From: a virus
DNA length: 64,000 nt
IMG/VR virus record: IMGVR_UViG_3300032315_000774
Coordinates: 64,001 to 128,000 of that record
Reading direction: 5' to 3' (one strand)
The notes beneath the pieces are model-generated. The model worked only from the letters and a program-made list of their open reading frames with translations, did no database searches and was not told the origin of the DNA. Shown here one piece after another: positions 27,898-37,833 of the stretch (position 1 is the first letter of the stretch; each line of letters begins with the position of its first letter). Position numbers and translations under genes: made by a program.

Positions 27898-28475
27898 AGT
27901 TCGATCCTGTCTGTATACCGAATCGATACCTCTGCGCTAGACACACGGTCGGTCACCGACAACGAGCGGTTGATGCTCGTGATCCAGCACCCCGTGTACA
28001 TGTACCGCTTCGGCTGATTTCCTAGCGATTCGAGCGAAGTCAACACGTCCGTTGGCGACGGCAGACGAGCAGGCGCGCGACCTGTAACTGTGTCACCCAG
28101 CGACACGCCGACGACCGAAGCTCCGAACAGGTTCGCCAGAGCTTGTGGTGGAATCCAGAACTCCTGAAGGGAGAACGGGATGCGCTGATCGCTGAGCTGC
28201 ACGATCGAATCGGTGCCGAGAACTTCTTCCGCGATGCTGCGCCACAGGTCGAAGCGTCCGAGACGAAGCTCTCGGCCTGTCGTGTTGCCTGGGACGATGT
28301 GATTCGGCATGCCCTGCGCGCCTGCGAGTTCGAACTCGTCGGAGACGTCCATGCTCTGCGAGGGTGCGAACGAGAAGGCCGCGCCTACTGTCCGACCGCG
28401 CGCTCGGATGCGAAGCCCGAAGGTGGTGCGGACTTTTGTAGCAGGCGGCCCGAAGTTCAGGCCGATGCTTGTCAT
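27894..28475 (-). CDS. Tail tube protein 2
   Basis: Paralog of the neighbouring gene: RFDLW..LSDQRIPF..YTGCWIT. Confidence 0.8.
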   Translation of the reverse strand: MTSIGLNFGPPATKVRTTFGLRIRARGRTVGAAFSFAPSQSMDVSDEFELAGAQGMPNHIVPGNTTGRELRLGRFDLWRSIAEEVLGTDSIVQLSDQRIPFSLQEFWIPPQALANLFGASVVGVSLGDTVTGRAPARLPSPTDVLTSLESLGNQPKRYMYTGCWITSINRSLSVTDRVSSAEVSIRYTDRIEL

Positions 28476-28960
28476 CAGCCACTGACCTCTTCGACGTACA
28501 GGTACATGAGCGTCGCGCTGGTCATCACTGTGCGGTTCTGATCAGCGGAGAAGGTCTGTCCCATCTGCGTGAACCAGCATCCCTTGTAGACGCGCCTGTA
28601 GTTGTTCTGACCGTCTGGCGACTTCCACACTTCTTCTACGTCGAAGGGCTCGTTCTGGTTGCAGAGCATGGTGAGGTCTGCTGTCCCGAACGCGGTCTTC
28701 ATGCGATTGGTGTAGAGATCGTACCGCGTGATCTGAACCTGTTGACCGCTCTGGTTTTGCGGCACGAGGTCGAAGGGGGCGCCGTTGCCTCCTTGACCGC
28801 CTGTCGACTCGCCAGGACCGCCTTGGAACTCGTACACGAACTGCGCATCGCGGCTCTGTGTCGGGTTCCAGCCGTTGATCGCACCGATGACCGCTCCGTT
28901 GCGACGGATGGTCAGCGCATGCGAGGTTTGGACTTTGGTGACGGGAGGTGTGAGTGCCAT
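28475..28960 (-). CDS. Tail tube protein 1
   Basis: Directly after the sheath; RYDLY..LCNQNEPF..YKGCWFT. Confidence 0.85.
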   Translation of the reverse strand: MALTPPVTKVQTSHALTIRRNGAVIGAINGWNPTQSRDAQFVYEFQGGPGESTGGQGGNGAPFDLVPQNQSGQQVQITRYDLYTNRMKTAFGTADLTMLCNQNEPFDVEEVWKSPDGQNNYRRVYKGCWFTQMGQTFSADQNRTVMTSATLMYLYVEEVSG

Positions 28961-28968
28961 GTGTCAGA

Positions 28969-31926
28969 TCACCCCTGGAAGAACGGGTTGTCGACCGAGT
29001 ACCGCCCGGAGAGGCGCAGCGCTGGGTATCGGAGGTTGTACCAGTAGTCGAAGAGGAACTGCGTCGGGTCGTTCGGGTCGCGCGACGTCTGAATGTCTTC
29101 GCTGATGTTCAGCGCGCGTGTGACGCCGTTGCGGTCCGTGTACGGTCCGATCGTGCCGCTGGAGATCTCCGCGTTCAGCACGCTCGCGATGACGATCTTG
29201 ATGTCGAGCAGGAAGTCTGCAGGCGACACCGGTACGATACCGACGAGCGATGCATCGAGCGCTAGCTCGACCTTGCGCGTGATGTTGTCCTTCTGCGTGC
29301 TCGTCGACTCGTACTTGAACGCGGGTGCACCTGCGCCACCTGCCTCTGTCGTCACTGGATCGAGCACGCGGAACAGGCCCGCGTCGAACGACGTCACGAA
29401 CGTGCCCTGCGACGCCAAGAGGTTGCTCTCGGTCTGCGTCCAGACCAAGGCGTCGTTGATGTCGTCGAGGTTGAAGCCTGCGACCGTACGTCGCGCGAGC
29501 GACAACGCTGGGTTCGTCAGCGACGAGCGCAGCGCAGCCCACGCCACGGCGAGGTACGTGCTGTCGAGGTTGACGGGGATCGACTCGCCCGACACCCCAT
29601 CCACGTAGCTGTAGCTCACGCCTGTCAGCTGTGGAGGCGCGACCAAGATCGCGCGCCCGCGTGCAGGGCTTGTCGGCGCGAACGCCAACGTACGCGTCGC
29701 CATGTACACGTACGAGCCTGCATCGTCGCGGCTGCCGACGGGTGTCGAGCGCGCCATGCCGAACCAGCCGCGACGGTAGCGCTTCGTGGTCGAGCTGTTC
29801 GCCGTCTCCAGAAGCGCGCGGAAGTCCGTCTGAACCGCGAGCGATGTCGACAGCACGACGAGGTCTGTGATGACGTCCGTCTTCAGCGTGGCGTTCATCG
29901 CCGCTGCGAACTCGGCACGCGTCGGTGACCCAGGCAGCGAGGTGTCGTCGACCTGCACGACCACCACCGAAGGCGGGCGCTGCAGGAAGGCAATCTCCAC
30001 CGCCAGCATCAGCGTGTTCGACGCGGACGTCGGGCCGAGGTCTGCGCGCGCAGCTTCGACCGAGAAGAAGCGCTTCTGCGCGTTGTACTCGTTCGCTGGG
30101 CGCGTGATCGTGAACGTCGCGTAGTAGACGCTCGCCACCGTCGGACGACGCCCTGCACCTGTCACCGTCAGCGGAAGCACCAGCGCTCCGAACAGCGCAG
30201 TCGCCGTCGCCGAAGCGCTCACGGTGATCGATGCGCTCTCGCCTTCCGTTGGCGACGTTAGCACGATCTGGTTGACGCCCGACGGCACGCTGGCCACCGC
30301 ACGGAACGACGGACCGAGCTGCGCTGCGAGCACCGCGTTGATGTTCGCGACGATGTCTGCGAGCGATGCCGTCGCAGGCGTGAACGTGCGGTAGTTCAGC
30401 GGAGGGCTCGCGAGCGCTGACACCTGCACGCTGACCGTCGTGCCGTTGATCGTCATCGAGAACGTGTTGTTCACGCTGACGTCCACCGTGCTCGATCCAA
30501 GCACCGCACCTGCGAACACAGCGGGCGTGTCGGGCGGTGCTGATGGACCGCCCCACGCGATCGAGTTGCCGCTGAGCAAGCAGTCGACGCCGACCGTGAA
30601 GTTGTCCGCGCTCGGCTGGCTCCCGACGCTCGACAGCTCGGTCACGCCCGTGAAGCCTGTCGCGTCGCTGTCCGTCGAGACCGACACGTACGACGCGAGG
30701 TAGACAGCGGTCGTCGAGTACACAGAGCGCGCGACCTGGATGACCGTGCGAGCCAGACGGTTGTCTGCGCCCGCTGCACCGAGCAAGAGCACGGCACCGT
30801 CGTTCGCGATGGCTGTTCCCACCTCGATGTCGCTCGTCGGTGTCGTCGACGGCGAGCGGAGGATGAGACCCGCTGTCGCTGCGTACGCGAAGGCGCTGTA
30901 CGCAGCGCCGAAGCCGAGGCTGCTTGCGCCTGCCAGCGCTGTGTTGATCGCGGTCGCGATTTCACCTCGCGTCGCAGCGGTCGGCGTGCCGTACGTCGTC
31001 GCCACGCGGATCTCGCGACCCAAGATCTGCACCGTACCTGCCGCGACGCCGGTCCCGCTCGTGTGCTGCAGACGCAGCGTCACGGGCGCGATGCCGTCGA
31101 TCGTGAGCGCCAGAGCTGTGCCGTTCACGCTGTACGTGAAGCCTGCACCCGCGTCCGCTGCGCCTGCCGCGTTCACGTACGTCAACGTGGTCGCGCTCGG
31201 CACGCTCGTAATGCGGAACGTGCCGTTGTTCCCAGGCGTCGCCGAACCGGAGACGACGACGAGCGCGCCGACGAGTGCCGCCGTGAACGATGCACCGGCA
31301 TCGGTCAGCGTCTGAACTTGCGAAACAGGCGCAGACACCGAGCCTGCACCCGCGCCCGACTCGACGGCCAGCTGCAAGTTGTAGGGTCCTGCTGCGTTGC
31401 CGATGATGATGCCTGGCACGTAGCGCAGGTACTGGTCAGGAATCGGGGCTCCGTTGCGCAGGTAGTCGCTGTCCTGCAAGCGACGGTTGCCTCGGTTCAC
31501 GAGCACGGCGTTCGGCACGACCTGCCAGGTGAACGCGCTGGTCTCCGTCACGCCTGCTGCGTTCGCGAAGATCACGCTGGTGGCGCTGACGACCTCGACG
31601 ATCGTGAACGTGCCGTTGTTCGCGGGGTTGGTCGCGCCGCTGATGGAGATCTGCGCGCCGACTCGCGTCGCTCCGAACACAGCGCCCGCATCGAGCAGCG
31701 TCACGAGGCCGCCCGCGAACGTGAGCGAGTCGCCTGTGCCTGTCGGAGCCACCAGCGTCAGCGTCTCGTCTTCCACGAGCCCACGTTGCAGCTGCAGGTT
31801 GGTGACCGTTCGTGTCCGGTCCGCCACACCGATGACGCCGATCTGCAGCGGCACGCCCGTGACGCCAGCGGCGTTCGGGACGACGACTTCCTCGATCGTG
31901 ACTCCAGGCGGCGTGTATCCGGTCAT
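28969..31926 (-). CDS. Tail sheath protein with insertion domains
   Basis: N-terminal GYTPPGVTIEE; C-terminal RDPNDPTQFLFDYWYNLRYPAL. Confidence 0.9.
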   Translation of the reverse strand: MTGYTPPGVTIEEVVVPNAAGVTGVPLQIGVIGVADRTRTVTNLQLQRGLVEDETLTLVAPTGTGDSLTFAGGLVTLLDAGAVFGATRVGAQISISGATNPANNGTFTIVEVVSATSVIFANAAGVTETSAFTWQVVPNAVLVNRGNRRLQDSDYLRNGAPIPDQYLRYVPGIIIGNAAGPYNLQLAVESGAGAGSVSAPVSQVQTLTDAGASFTAALVGALVVVSGSATPGNNGTFRITSVPSATTLTYVNAAGAADAGAGFTYSVNGTALALTIDGIAPVTLRLQHTSGTGVAAGTVQILGREIRVATTYGTPTAATRGEIATAINTALAGASSLGFGAAYSAFAYAATAGLILRSPSTTPTSDIEVGTAIANDGAVLLLGAAGADNRLARTVIQVARSVYSTTAVYLASYVSVSTDSDATGFTGVTELSSVGSQPSADNFTVGVDCLLSGNSIAWGGPSAPPDTPAVFAGAVLGSSTVDVSVNNTFSMTINGTTVSVQVSALASPPLNYRTFTPATASLADIVANINAVLAAQLGPSFRAVASVPSGVNQIVLTSPTEGESASITVSASATATALFGALVLPLTVTGAGRRPTVASVYYATFTITRPANEYNAQKRFFSVEAARADLGPTSASNTLMLAVEIAFLQRPPSVVVVQVDDTSLPGSPTRAEFAAAMNATLKTDVITDLVVLSTSLAVQTDFRALLETANSSTTKRYRRGWFGMARSTPVGSRDDAGSYVYMATRTLAFAPTSPARGRAILVAPPQLTGVSYSYVDGVSGESIPVNLDSTYLAVAWAALRSSLTNPALSLARRTVAGFNLDDINDALVWTQTESNLLASQGTFVTSFDAGLFRVLDPVTTEAGGAGAPAFKYESTSTQKDNITRKVELALDASLVGIVPVSPADFLLDIKIVIASVLNAEISSGTIGPYTDRNGVTRALNISEDIQTSRDPNDPTQFLFDYWYNLRYPALRLSGRYSVDNPFFQG

Positions 31927-31952
31927 GCTCAAGACTCACAAGCCAGGCCAGT

Positions 31953-31966
31953 TGTCAGTGTCGTTA
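31953..31966 (-). promoter_or_regulatory. Candidate late-promoter element TAACGACACTGACA (copy before the sheath gene)
   Basis: Exact 14-bp match to 60987-61000; 26 nt before the ATG. Confidence 0.55.
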
Positions 31967-33532
31967 GGAAGGACGCGGAAGCGGTGAGCGGTTCGCGAAT
32001 CCTGGACGCAGCGCGAAGCTCTGGCCCGCACGTGGTCCGAAGGGTACTCGCACTTCGCGATCCACGTAGTAGCGCACCGTCCCCTGCAAGCTCACACGGC
32101 ACATGAACACCTTCTTCTTCAGGTCTTTCGTGCCTCGATCGCTCTCGGTTCCAGGACTGACCGTCGCTTCGACTTGAGCCTGCCACATCTCTTCGGGGTA
32201 GTTCTCGTCGAACACGCCGCGTCCGAAGAAGGTGTAGAACTGCTCGGCGAGGTACATCGACAAGTACGCGACGACGAGGTCCGTGATCTCTTGGCGCTCG
32301 GTCGGATGCTCCGCGAAGATGTCGATGTTGTACGTGACCTTCGAACCGTAGTTGTAGCGGTTCATGACCGGGCGAATGGGATTCAGCCACGTGTCCCTCT
32401 GACCGAAGAACCACTCAGCACCACTCACGCTGGCCGCCGTCCCGTTCTCGTTCGTGAACGTCACCGTGCTGTCCGTGATGCTCGTGATGATGAAGCTCCC
32501 GTCGTTTGCACCCGCTCCTGTGAGCGTGAGCTTGCGGTCGATCCATGCAGGATCGAAGGGCGCTGCAGGGTCGAAGAGCGTCATGTTGGGCGCGGTGCCT
32601 GTGATCGTCGCGCCTGCGCTCAGCGTCCCGAACGCCGCGAGCCCTGTCACCAGCATCGCGTTCCGCGTACTCGCTGCCGTCACCTCGATCTCCGCTGGCG
32701 TCGGCGTCACCAGCAACTGCAGACGCCCGTCGACGACGCGAGGCCGCGCGTAGAGCGCTTGCATCTGCGCCACCGTGAGCACGTCTTCTGCCGTCGCAGC
32801 GGTGACAGGAGCGTTCGCTGGGAACAGCGACGGCACGAGATCGATGTGTGACTCGAAGGCGATGCCGTGGATCGAACCCGCGTACGCGATCACGTCCATC
32901 GCTGTCGACACTGCGTTCTGTGTCGTCGTGATGCTGACGCCAACACCAGACACGGCGAACGCCTGAAGGTCAGGTCGCGACAGCGTGAGCACGCTACCGT
33001 CGAAGCTGATCGAGAAGATGAGGTCGAGCGCTTCTTGAACAGCACGCGCCACTTCGCTGAGCAGCGCGCCCTCGAACAGCTGCCCGTCGATCTGCAGCTG
33101 GATCGGTGTCGCCGTCTGCTCCACGAGCGTCACCTGCGGCTGCGGCCCCGAGAACGCGAACGGACCCTCGACCGTCTCCACACGCGGCGGGAGCTGCGTC
33201 GTACCGATGAACGGTGTACCGATCGTCAGACGCTCTTCGCTCCCGCTTGACGCCGTCAGCGCGATGTGTGGCATCCGCTCGTAGATGTCTGGGTTGTCTT
33301 GAGTGATCTGCACGAACGTCGCATAGCTGTCGCGCGAGTCCGCAGGCGTCGCGTACTTCTCGATGCTCGGCAGTTCCTGTCGACGCGCCTCTGTGTACGT
33401 GCGCGCGAACTCGCGCAAGCCAAGAACGATCGCGTCCTTCGTCGTCTCCAAGAGCTGACCGAAGTGCGGAACGTCCGACTGATCGTCAGGGATCGTCGGA
33501 ACGAAGCGGTATGGAATCGGATCTTCAGACAT
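31964..33532 (-). CDS. Tail completion/terminator-like protein with insertion
   Basis: Precedes the sheath; MPHIALT..., YNIDIFAEHPTERQEITDLV. Confidence 0.7.
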   Translation of the reverse strand: MSEDPIPYRFVPTIPDDQSDVPHFGQLLETTKDAIVLGLREFARTYTEARRQELPSIEKYATPADSRDSYATFVQITQDNPDIYERMPHIALTASSGSEERLTIGTPFIGTTQLPPRVETVEGPFAFSGPQPQVTLVEQTATPIQLQIDGQLFEGALLSEVARAVQEALDLIFSISFDGSVLTLSRPDLQAFAVSGVGVSITTTQNAVSTAMDVIAYAGSIHGIAFESHIDLVPSLFPANAPVTAATAEDVLTVAQMQALYARPRVVDGRLQLLVTPTPAEIEVTAASTRNAMLVTGLAAFGTLSAGATITGTAPNMTLFDPAAPFDPAWIDRKLTLTGAGANDGSFIITSITDSTVTFTNENGTAASVSGAEWFFGQRDTWLNPIRPVMNRYNYGSKVTYNIDIFAEHPTERQEITDLVVAYLSMYLAEQFYTFFGRGVFDENYPEEMWQAQVEATVSPGTESDRGTKDLKKKVFMCRVSLQGTVRYYVDREVRVPFGPRAGQSFALRPGFANRSPLPRPS

Positions 33533-33539
33533 GGTGACC

Positions 33540-34607
33540 TCAAAAGACGAGATGATACACGTCGCCAGGCTGCGTCAGGTTCTCCGCGAACTGCTGATGC
33601 GTCAGCGTTCCTGCGATCGTCGCGTCCATCGTGACGTTCGTGACCGCGTAACGCTGACCCTGACGCACACCTGTCGAGTACACGTAGAACGCTGAGAAGC
33701 CTTGCTCTCGATTGTCCAGCACCACGCTCGGTGTGTTCGCGACGAGCGACTGGTCGAAGAACGACAACGGCGCCGTGAACGATTGATCGGCCTCGTGAAC
33801 GGTCTGACGCCCCAGCACCGTGTCGAGCACCGTCTGCTCACGCATGCCTGTCTTCGCGACGAGGATGTCGCCAGGCGTCCATCCACGAAGTCCGAGCGGG
33901 TTCATGTCCAGTCGTCGAAGGTGCCGCACACGAAGCGCTTCGAACGCAGGCGGCTCAGACGAAACGACAGCCCTTGTCAAGGTGATTCGTGCTCGAAGTG
34001 TTCCAACGCCGATCGGGCGCAGCGGTCCGTCCAACACACCTCTGTAAACCCGCATAGGTCCAGAAGGCGTCTCAGGCCCCACCTGGACCTCGGTGACGGT
34101 CACCGGCTGCCACCCACCACCCGAGTCGACTTCGAGCGCCAGCGCGTCGCCTGCAGCGCGACGGAACGCGACCAGCTCCAGCTCCCACGGCTCGGACGTC
34201 ATGTTGCTGAAGGCAGCCACGGCCGTCGTCCACTGCCCCGTCAGCGCGGTTGGCGCCAGCACCAGGCGGTTCGGCTGCCTCCGCTGGTCCAGCACGAGCG
34301 TCCCCGAGCCCGGTGTCGTCGAGCCGAAGAACAACGTCTCGTAGAGGAAGCGCTGGTAGCCGCCGAGGCGCCCCGTGCCGTAGCAGCTCATGCACTTCGC
34401 GTCGGCGTTCGCCGTCGCGCTCTTCCGGCAGCTGCAAGCCGCGCCCGTGAGCAGCGGCTGGTAGAGCGTCACCGACGATCCGTTGGCGCGAAGCTGGTCC
34501 TGGATCATCGCCTGGACCTTGGCCGCCGTCTGGTCGGTCAACACCCGACACTGTGGGTTGCGCCCCCAGTACCCGACAGCCTTAGCGAAACCCCTTACTT
34601 TTTGCAT
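33540..34607 (-). CDS. Neck/head-closure protein (start uncertain)
   Basis: CSC...CMSCYGTGRLGGY motif typical of large-phage neck proteins; position. Confidence 0.7.
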   Translation of the reverse strand: MQKVRGFAKAVGYWGRNPQCRVLTDQTAAKVQAMIQDQLRANGSSVTLYQPLLTGAACSCRKSATANADAKCMSCYGTGRLGGYQRFLYETLFFGSTTPGSGTLVLDQRRQPNRLVLAPTALTGQWTTAVAAFSNMTSEPWELELVAFRRAAGDALALEVDSGGGWQPVTVTEVQVGPETPSGPMRVYRGVLDGPLRPIGVGTLRARITLTRAVVSSEPPAFEALRVRHLRRLDMNPLGLRGWTPGDILVAKTGMREQTVLDTVLGRQTVHEADQSFTAPLSFFDQSLVANTPSVVLDNREQGFSAFYVYSTGVRQGQRYAVTNVTMDATIAGTLTHQQFAENLTQPGDVYHLVF

Positions 34608-34875
34608 CTCACTGACTCCTCACTAGAGCTAAGCTCTTGAAATCAAAGGCTAAAGTGAGCAAAGTGAGCAAAGTGAGGTCCCGATCCAGCTCTATAAGAA
34701 GGCTCATGGAGAAAAGGTCTCTCGCTCTTCTGCAGAAAAGCAGGGTTTCTCTTTTCCACTAGGCTCTCCTCACGCTAAATACTCCTCACTTTCCTCACTT
34801 CCTCACTAGACTAGCTTTTTCTCTAAAGAAAACAAAGACATAGAACAAGTGAGCAAAAAGTGAGGAACAGTGAGG
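34608..34875. repeat. AT-rich non-coding region with 12 GTGAG/CTCAC iteron-like repeats (candidate origin)
   Basis: CTCAC x2 (34608-34624), AGTGAG x3 (34652-34678), CTCAC x4 (34766-34807), AGTGAG x3 (34847-34875). Confidence 0.7.
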
Positions 34876-34878
34876 AGA

Positions 34879-37011
34879 TCAAGCACGAGCCCAGAGGTTG
34901 CGGAACAGAGCCCCGGAAGGCGCGCTGCTGACGAGCTGAGTGAACCGATAGTTGGCCTGCATCTGTACGTGAGCGGCGCCGTAGATGATGAGCTTCTTCT
35001 TGGCTTCGGGGATGAGCTTGTCGAGGCGCTGCGAGATGCGGCCGATGATCGCGTTCAAAGCGGGCTGGTGTTGGATGACGAAGCTCGTTCCCTGCGCACT
35101 GTTGTACGTGGCGATGTTGTCTACCAAGTACGAATGGTCTCCACTTACGGTCAGGTTGAATACTGGCTTGGAGTTAGAGACGCGCTTGACGCTCTTGACA
35201 GGAAGATACACGAAGTCGTCATCGACCATACAAGCTGACGATACTGGACGGTGTCCTGGACGACCGTACGGATAGTCGGACGCTTTTGATTGGTCACCCC
35301 ATACAAGCTGAGCAAGTTCAGCTGCGAAAGGCATAGGAACGACCATCCGATAGTGTTCGACTGAAGTAGTTTCAACTCCTCGAATCAAACTTCTACGTTC
35401 AGGCTGAACGTTCAGTCTCGTCGGAAATCCGAGCTGAGCTAGAATCAACTGAACTTGTCCAAACAACGTTTTCGACGAGGTCGAGTACGTAACGTTGAAG
35501 GAACGACATGTCTTTCCGTTCTTTGTTTGGATCATCCAGTTCTGGCTTCCGTCCCCGCGGAACAGACCTCGAATGAACTCGATCTTGTGTGGCAGTGGCC
35601 AAGCCATCACTTGAGCTGACAGTGCTTTGTCGCAAGAGCCTTCACCGACGTGGCGAAGAGCAAGGTCTACCCAACGCGCAACGGTTCGGTTCTTTCCGTA
35701 GTTGTTTCTGCTACGAAGCTGGAAAGCGCACGCAGAAGGATGGTCTTGCATGTGAAACTTGACATCCGAACACATGGAAATGATGTCAGACGCCCATGTA
35801 TCACGCTCTGCTTCATTGAACGTGAAGCAAATGTTGGTTGGTCTTCCGCTCTCCTTGTCGGTCAAGTTACCTTCGGCAGCGTAGTAACCAAGCATCCGAG
35901 CCTCATCAAGACATACATTCGGTTCTACTTGGTCAAACTTTCGAGGAACGAGCAAGAAGTCGTGCTTGTGGATCTGGTCTGCTCGGAGCTTGCGCAGAGG
36001 TTCATAGTCGTTGAACAACTTCTTTGCTCCGTGAACAGAACAGTACGCAGGAAGCTCTTGATGCTTGTGTCTTGGATTAGCAAGACGAGTGTGATGTCCT
36101 TGCTTGAACATCTGACCGGGCTTGACTTTGTTCTCACAGCCACACCGGCATGTGCGCGGCCATGCCCACACTGGGAAGTTGTGGCCTTCTGTTACTTCGA
36201 ACTTTCGACCGCCCCATGTGGCGATCTCAATCACTGTATCAGGTGTTCCTTCGTTCCAAGCAGCTTCTACGGTTTGTGTGCGTCCAGTTCGGTCAAGAAC
36301 AAGATCGCCAACTTTCACTGATTCGATCGGAGTCGTCTTGCCGTCTGCAGTGACAACAGGTGTACCTTCGACGAAGCAGTAGTTCGGGATGTCGGTGTCG
36401 ACAGCGAACAGCTCTTGGCTCGTGAGACCGACGTAGAGCGCAGCCTCAATGAGACCGTAGCGGTACATCTGCGGGAAGTTGTCGAGAGTGACGAACGTCG
36501 GAAACGGCTCGTACATGTTCCAGATCGACAGCCCGTTGAAGAGGTACGTGAAGAGCTGTGCTTCGGTGTAGCCGAGGAAGCACGGGTTCGCTGGATCGGT
36601 GTCGACGTCTTTGGCCGCCTTGTCGATGACCTCGCGGAGGTCGCTCGACAGCGACAGCGCGTACGCTGAGACGATCCAGATCTTCTGTACCTGTGCGCTG
36701 ATGGGGACGTTGTCGACGGCCACGTTCCAGATCAACAGCATCTCGCCGCCGATGCCTGTCTCGGGGTTCGAGGGTGTTGTGTAGACGACGTCGCCGATCG
36801 AGAAGGAGTAGCGTCCCGTCGCAGGGTTCGTGATGCGCGTGCCTGAGCCGAACGCGCCCTGGAACACGACTGTGTTGTCGAGACGCAGGACGGTGAGGCT
36901 CACGCTCGATGCCTCGACAGGCGTGCCTTGACTGTCGCAGACGAGGATGTCGAGACGTGTGACTGCGTTGATCAAGCCGACGTTGATCGGCGTGGCGACG
37001 ACGACAGGCAT
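34879..37011 (-). CDS. Head-tail adaptor/neck protein precursor containing an intein
   Basis: Extein motifs GYTEAQLFTYL..WNMYEP..T; in-frame intein at residues about 212-637. Confidence 0.8.
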   Translation of the reverse strand: MPVVVATPINVGLINAVTRLDILVCDSQGTPVEASSVSLTVLRLDNTVVFQGAFGSGTRITNPATGRYSFSIGDVVYTTPSNPETGIGGEMLLIWNVAVDNVPISAQVQKIWIVSAYALSLSSDLREVIDKAAKDVDTDPANPCFLGYTEAQLFTYLFNGLSIWNMYEPFPTFVTLDNFPQMYRYGLIEAALYVGLTSQELFAVDTDIPNYCFVEGTPVVTADGKTTPIESVKVGDLVLDRTGRTQTVEAAWNEGTPDTVIEIATWGGRKFEVTEGHNFPVWAWPRTCRCGCENKVKPGQMFKQGHHTRLANPRHKHQELPAYCSVHGAKKLFNDYEPLRKLRADQIHKHDFLLVPRKFDQVEPNVCLDEARMLGYYAAEGNLTDKESGRPTNICFTFNEAERDTWASDIISMCSDVKFHMQDHPSACAFQLRSRNNYGKNRTVARWVDLALRHVGEGSCDKALSAQVMAWPLPHKIEFIRGLFRGDGSQNWMIQTKNGKTCRSFNVTYSTSSKTLFGQVQLILAQLGFPTRLNVQPERRSLIRGVETTSVEHYRMVVPMPFAAELAQLVWGDQSKASDYPYGRPGHRPVSSACMVDDDFVYLPVKSVKRVSNSKPVFNLTVSGDHSYLVDNIATYNSAQGTSFVIQHQPALNAIIGRISQRLDKLIPEAKKKLIIYGAAHVQMQANYRFTQLVSSAPSGALFRNLWARA
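35101..36378 (-). mobile_element. Intein (426 aa) with a LAGLIDADG homing endonuclease
   Basis: Block A CFVEGTPV..IESVKVGDLV, block B VTEGH, LGYYAAEG and FIRGLFRGDGS, blocks F/G VFNLTV..HSYLVD..TYN followed by Ser; lower GC than flanks. Confidence 0.93.
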
Positions 37012-37012
37012 A

Positions 37013-37258
37013 TCAGAACCTCATGACATAGGCAGAACCGACCCATGTGAACGACGGTGTGTTGAGAACAGGCCACGCTTCGAGACGATGTGCGTCGGCG
37101 ACATGTGGCCTTGGGTCATCGATCGGTTCGGCAGGAAGCGGAACCGTGATGTCTCCTGGCTTGAGTGGTGTGATGATGTAGCGCGGTCGAAACGTCGAAG
37201 GCGGCTGCGCCAGAAGCACGCGTCGACGTTGGTGCACGCCGCTCTGGAACGCAGGCAT
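37013..37258 (-). CDS. Hypothetical protein (81 aa)
   Basis: TGATG overlap with the upstream gene; fills the gap. Confidence 0.6.
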   Translation of the reverse strand: MPAFQSGVHQRRRVLLAQPPSTFRPRYIITPLKPGDITVPLPAEPIDDPRPHVADAHRLEAWPVLNTPSFTWVGSAYVMRF

Positions 37259-37833
37259 CAGCTTGCCCTCGCGAGGGTCAAGCCCACGACACTCCGATAC
37301 GTTCGAGTCCCTTGCGTGATCGCGACGGTCAGGTACGCAGCGTTCTCGCCGATCGCGATGGATGGTGCGGCGAAGGAGATCGCGATGACACCGTTGGCGT
37401 CGACGACGGTCGACGTCGCAGAGGGTGCCAGAGCTGCACCTGCGGCGTTGTACAGGCGCACCGTCGCTTCGTCCACGTTCGGGTCGACTTGACCTGGTCG
37501 CTGAAGCCACACATCGACGACGATCTGACCCGTCTGCGATGCCCACGTCACGCTGCCCTGCGGCTGCGGAAGCGGGTCCTCGACGTCGATCTGCTCCGAC
37601 AGCGCGACGGTCGCTCCGTTCAGCACGCGCGTGTAGTAGCTGCCTGGACCTTCGAGCACCCAGAACGAACTCGGCACGTCGAAGTAGTACGTTCCAGGTG
37701 TCGATGTCTCCGCGACTGCAAGAGTCAGCGTGACGGCGCTGGGTGAGAAGACCAACGCATCGAACGCCCCAGGCAGCTGGCCAGCGGTCGCTTGGAAGAA
37801 GACGCGAAGCGGTGAGAGGAAGTCAGCCCTCAT
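37258..37833 (-). CDS. Virion structural protein (Ig-like)
   Basis: Beta-rich, PGTYYF; coupled to neighbours. Confidence 0.65.
   Translation of the reverse strand: MRADFLSPLRVFFQATAGQLPGAFDALVFSPSAVTLTLAVAETSTPGTYYFDVPSSFWVLEGPGSYYTRVLNGATVALSEQIDVEDPLPQPQGSVTWASQTGQIVVDVWLQRPGQVDPNVDEATVRLYNAAGAALAPSATSTVVDANGVIAISFAAPSIAIGENAAYLTVAITQGTRTYRSVVGLTLARAS

Noticed and set aside
34608-34875. CRISPR array
   Set aside because: Repeats are 5-9 bp, in both orientations, with no unique 30-40 bp spacers
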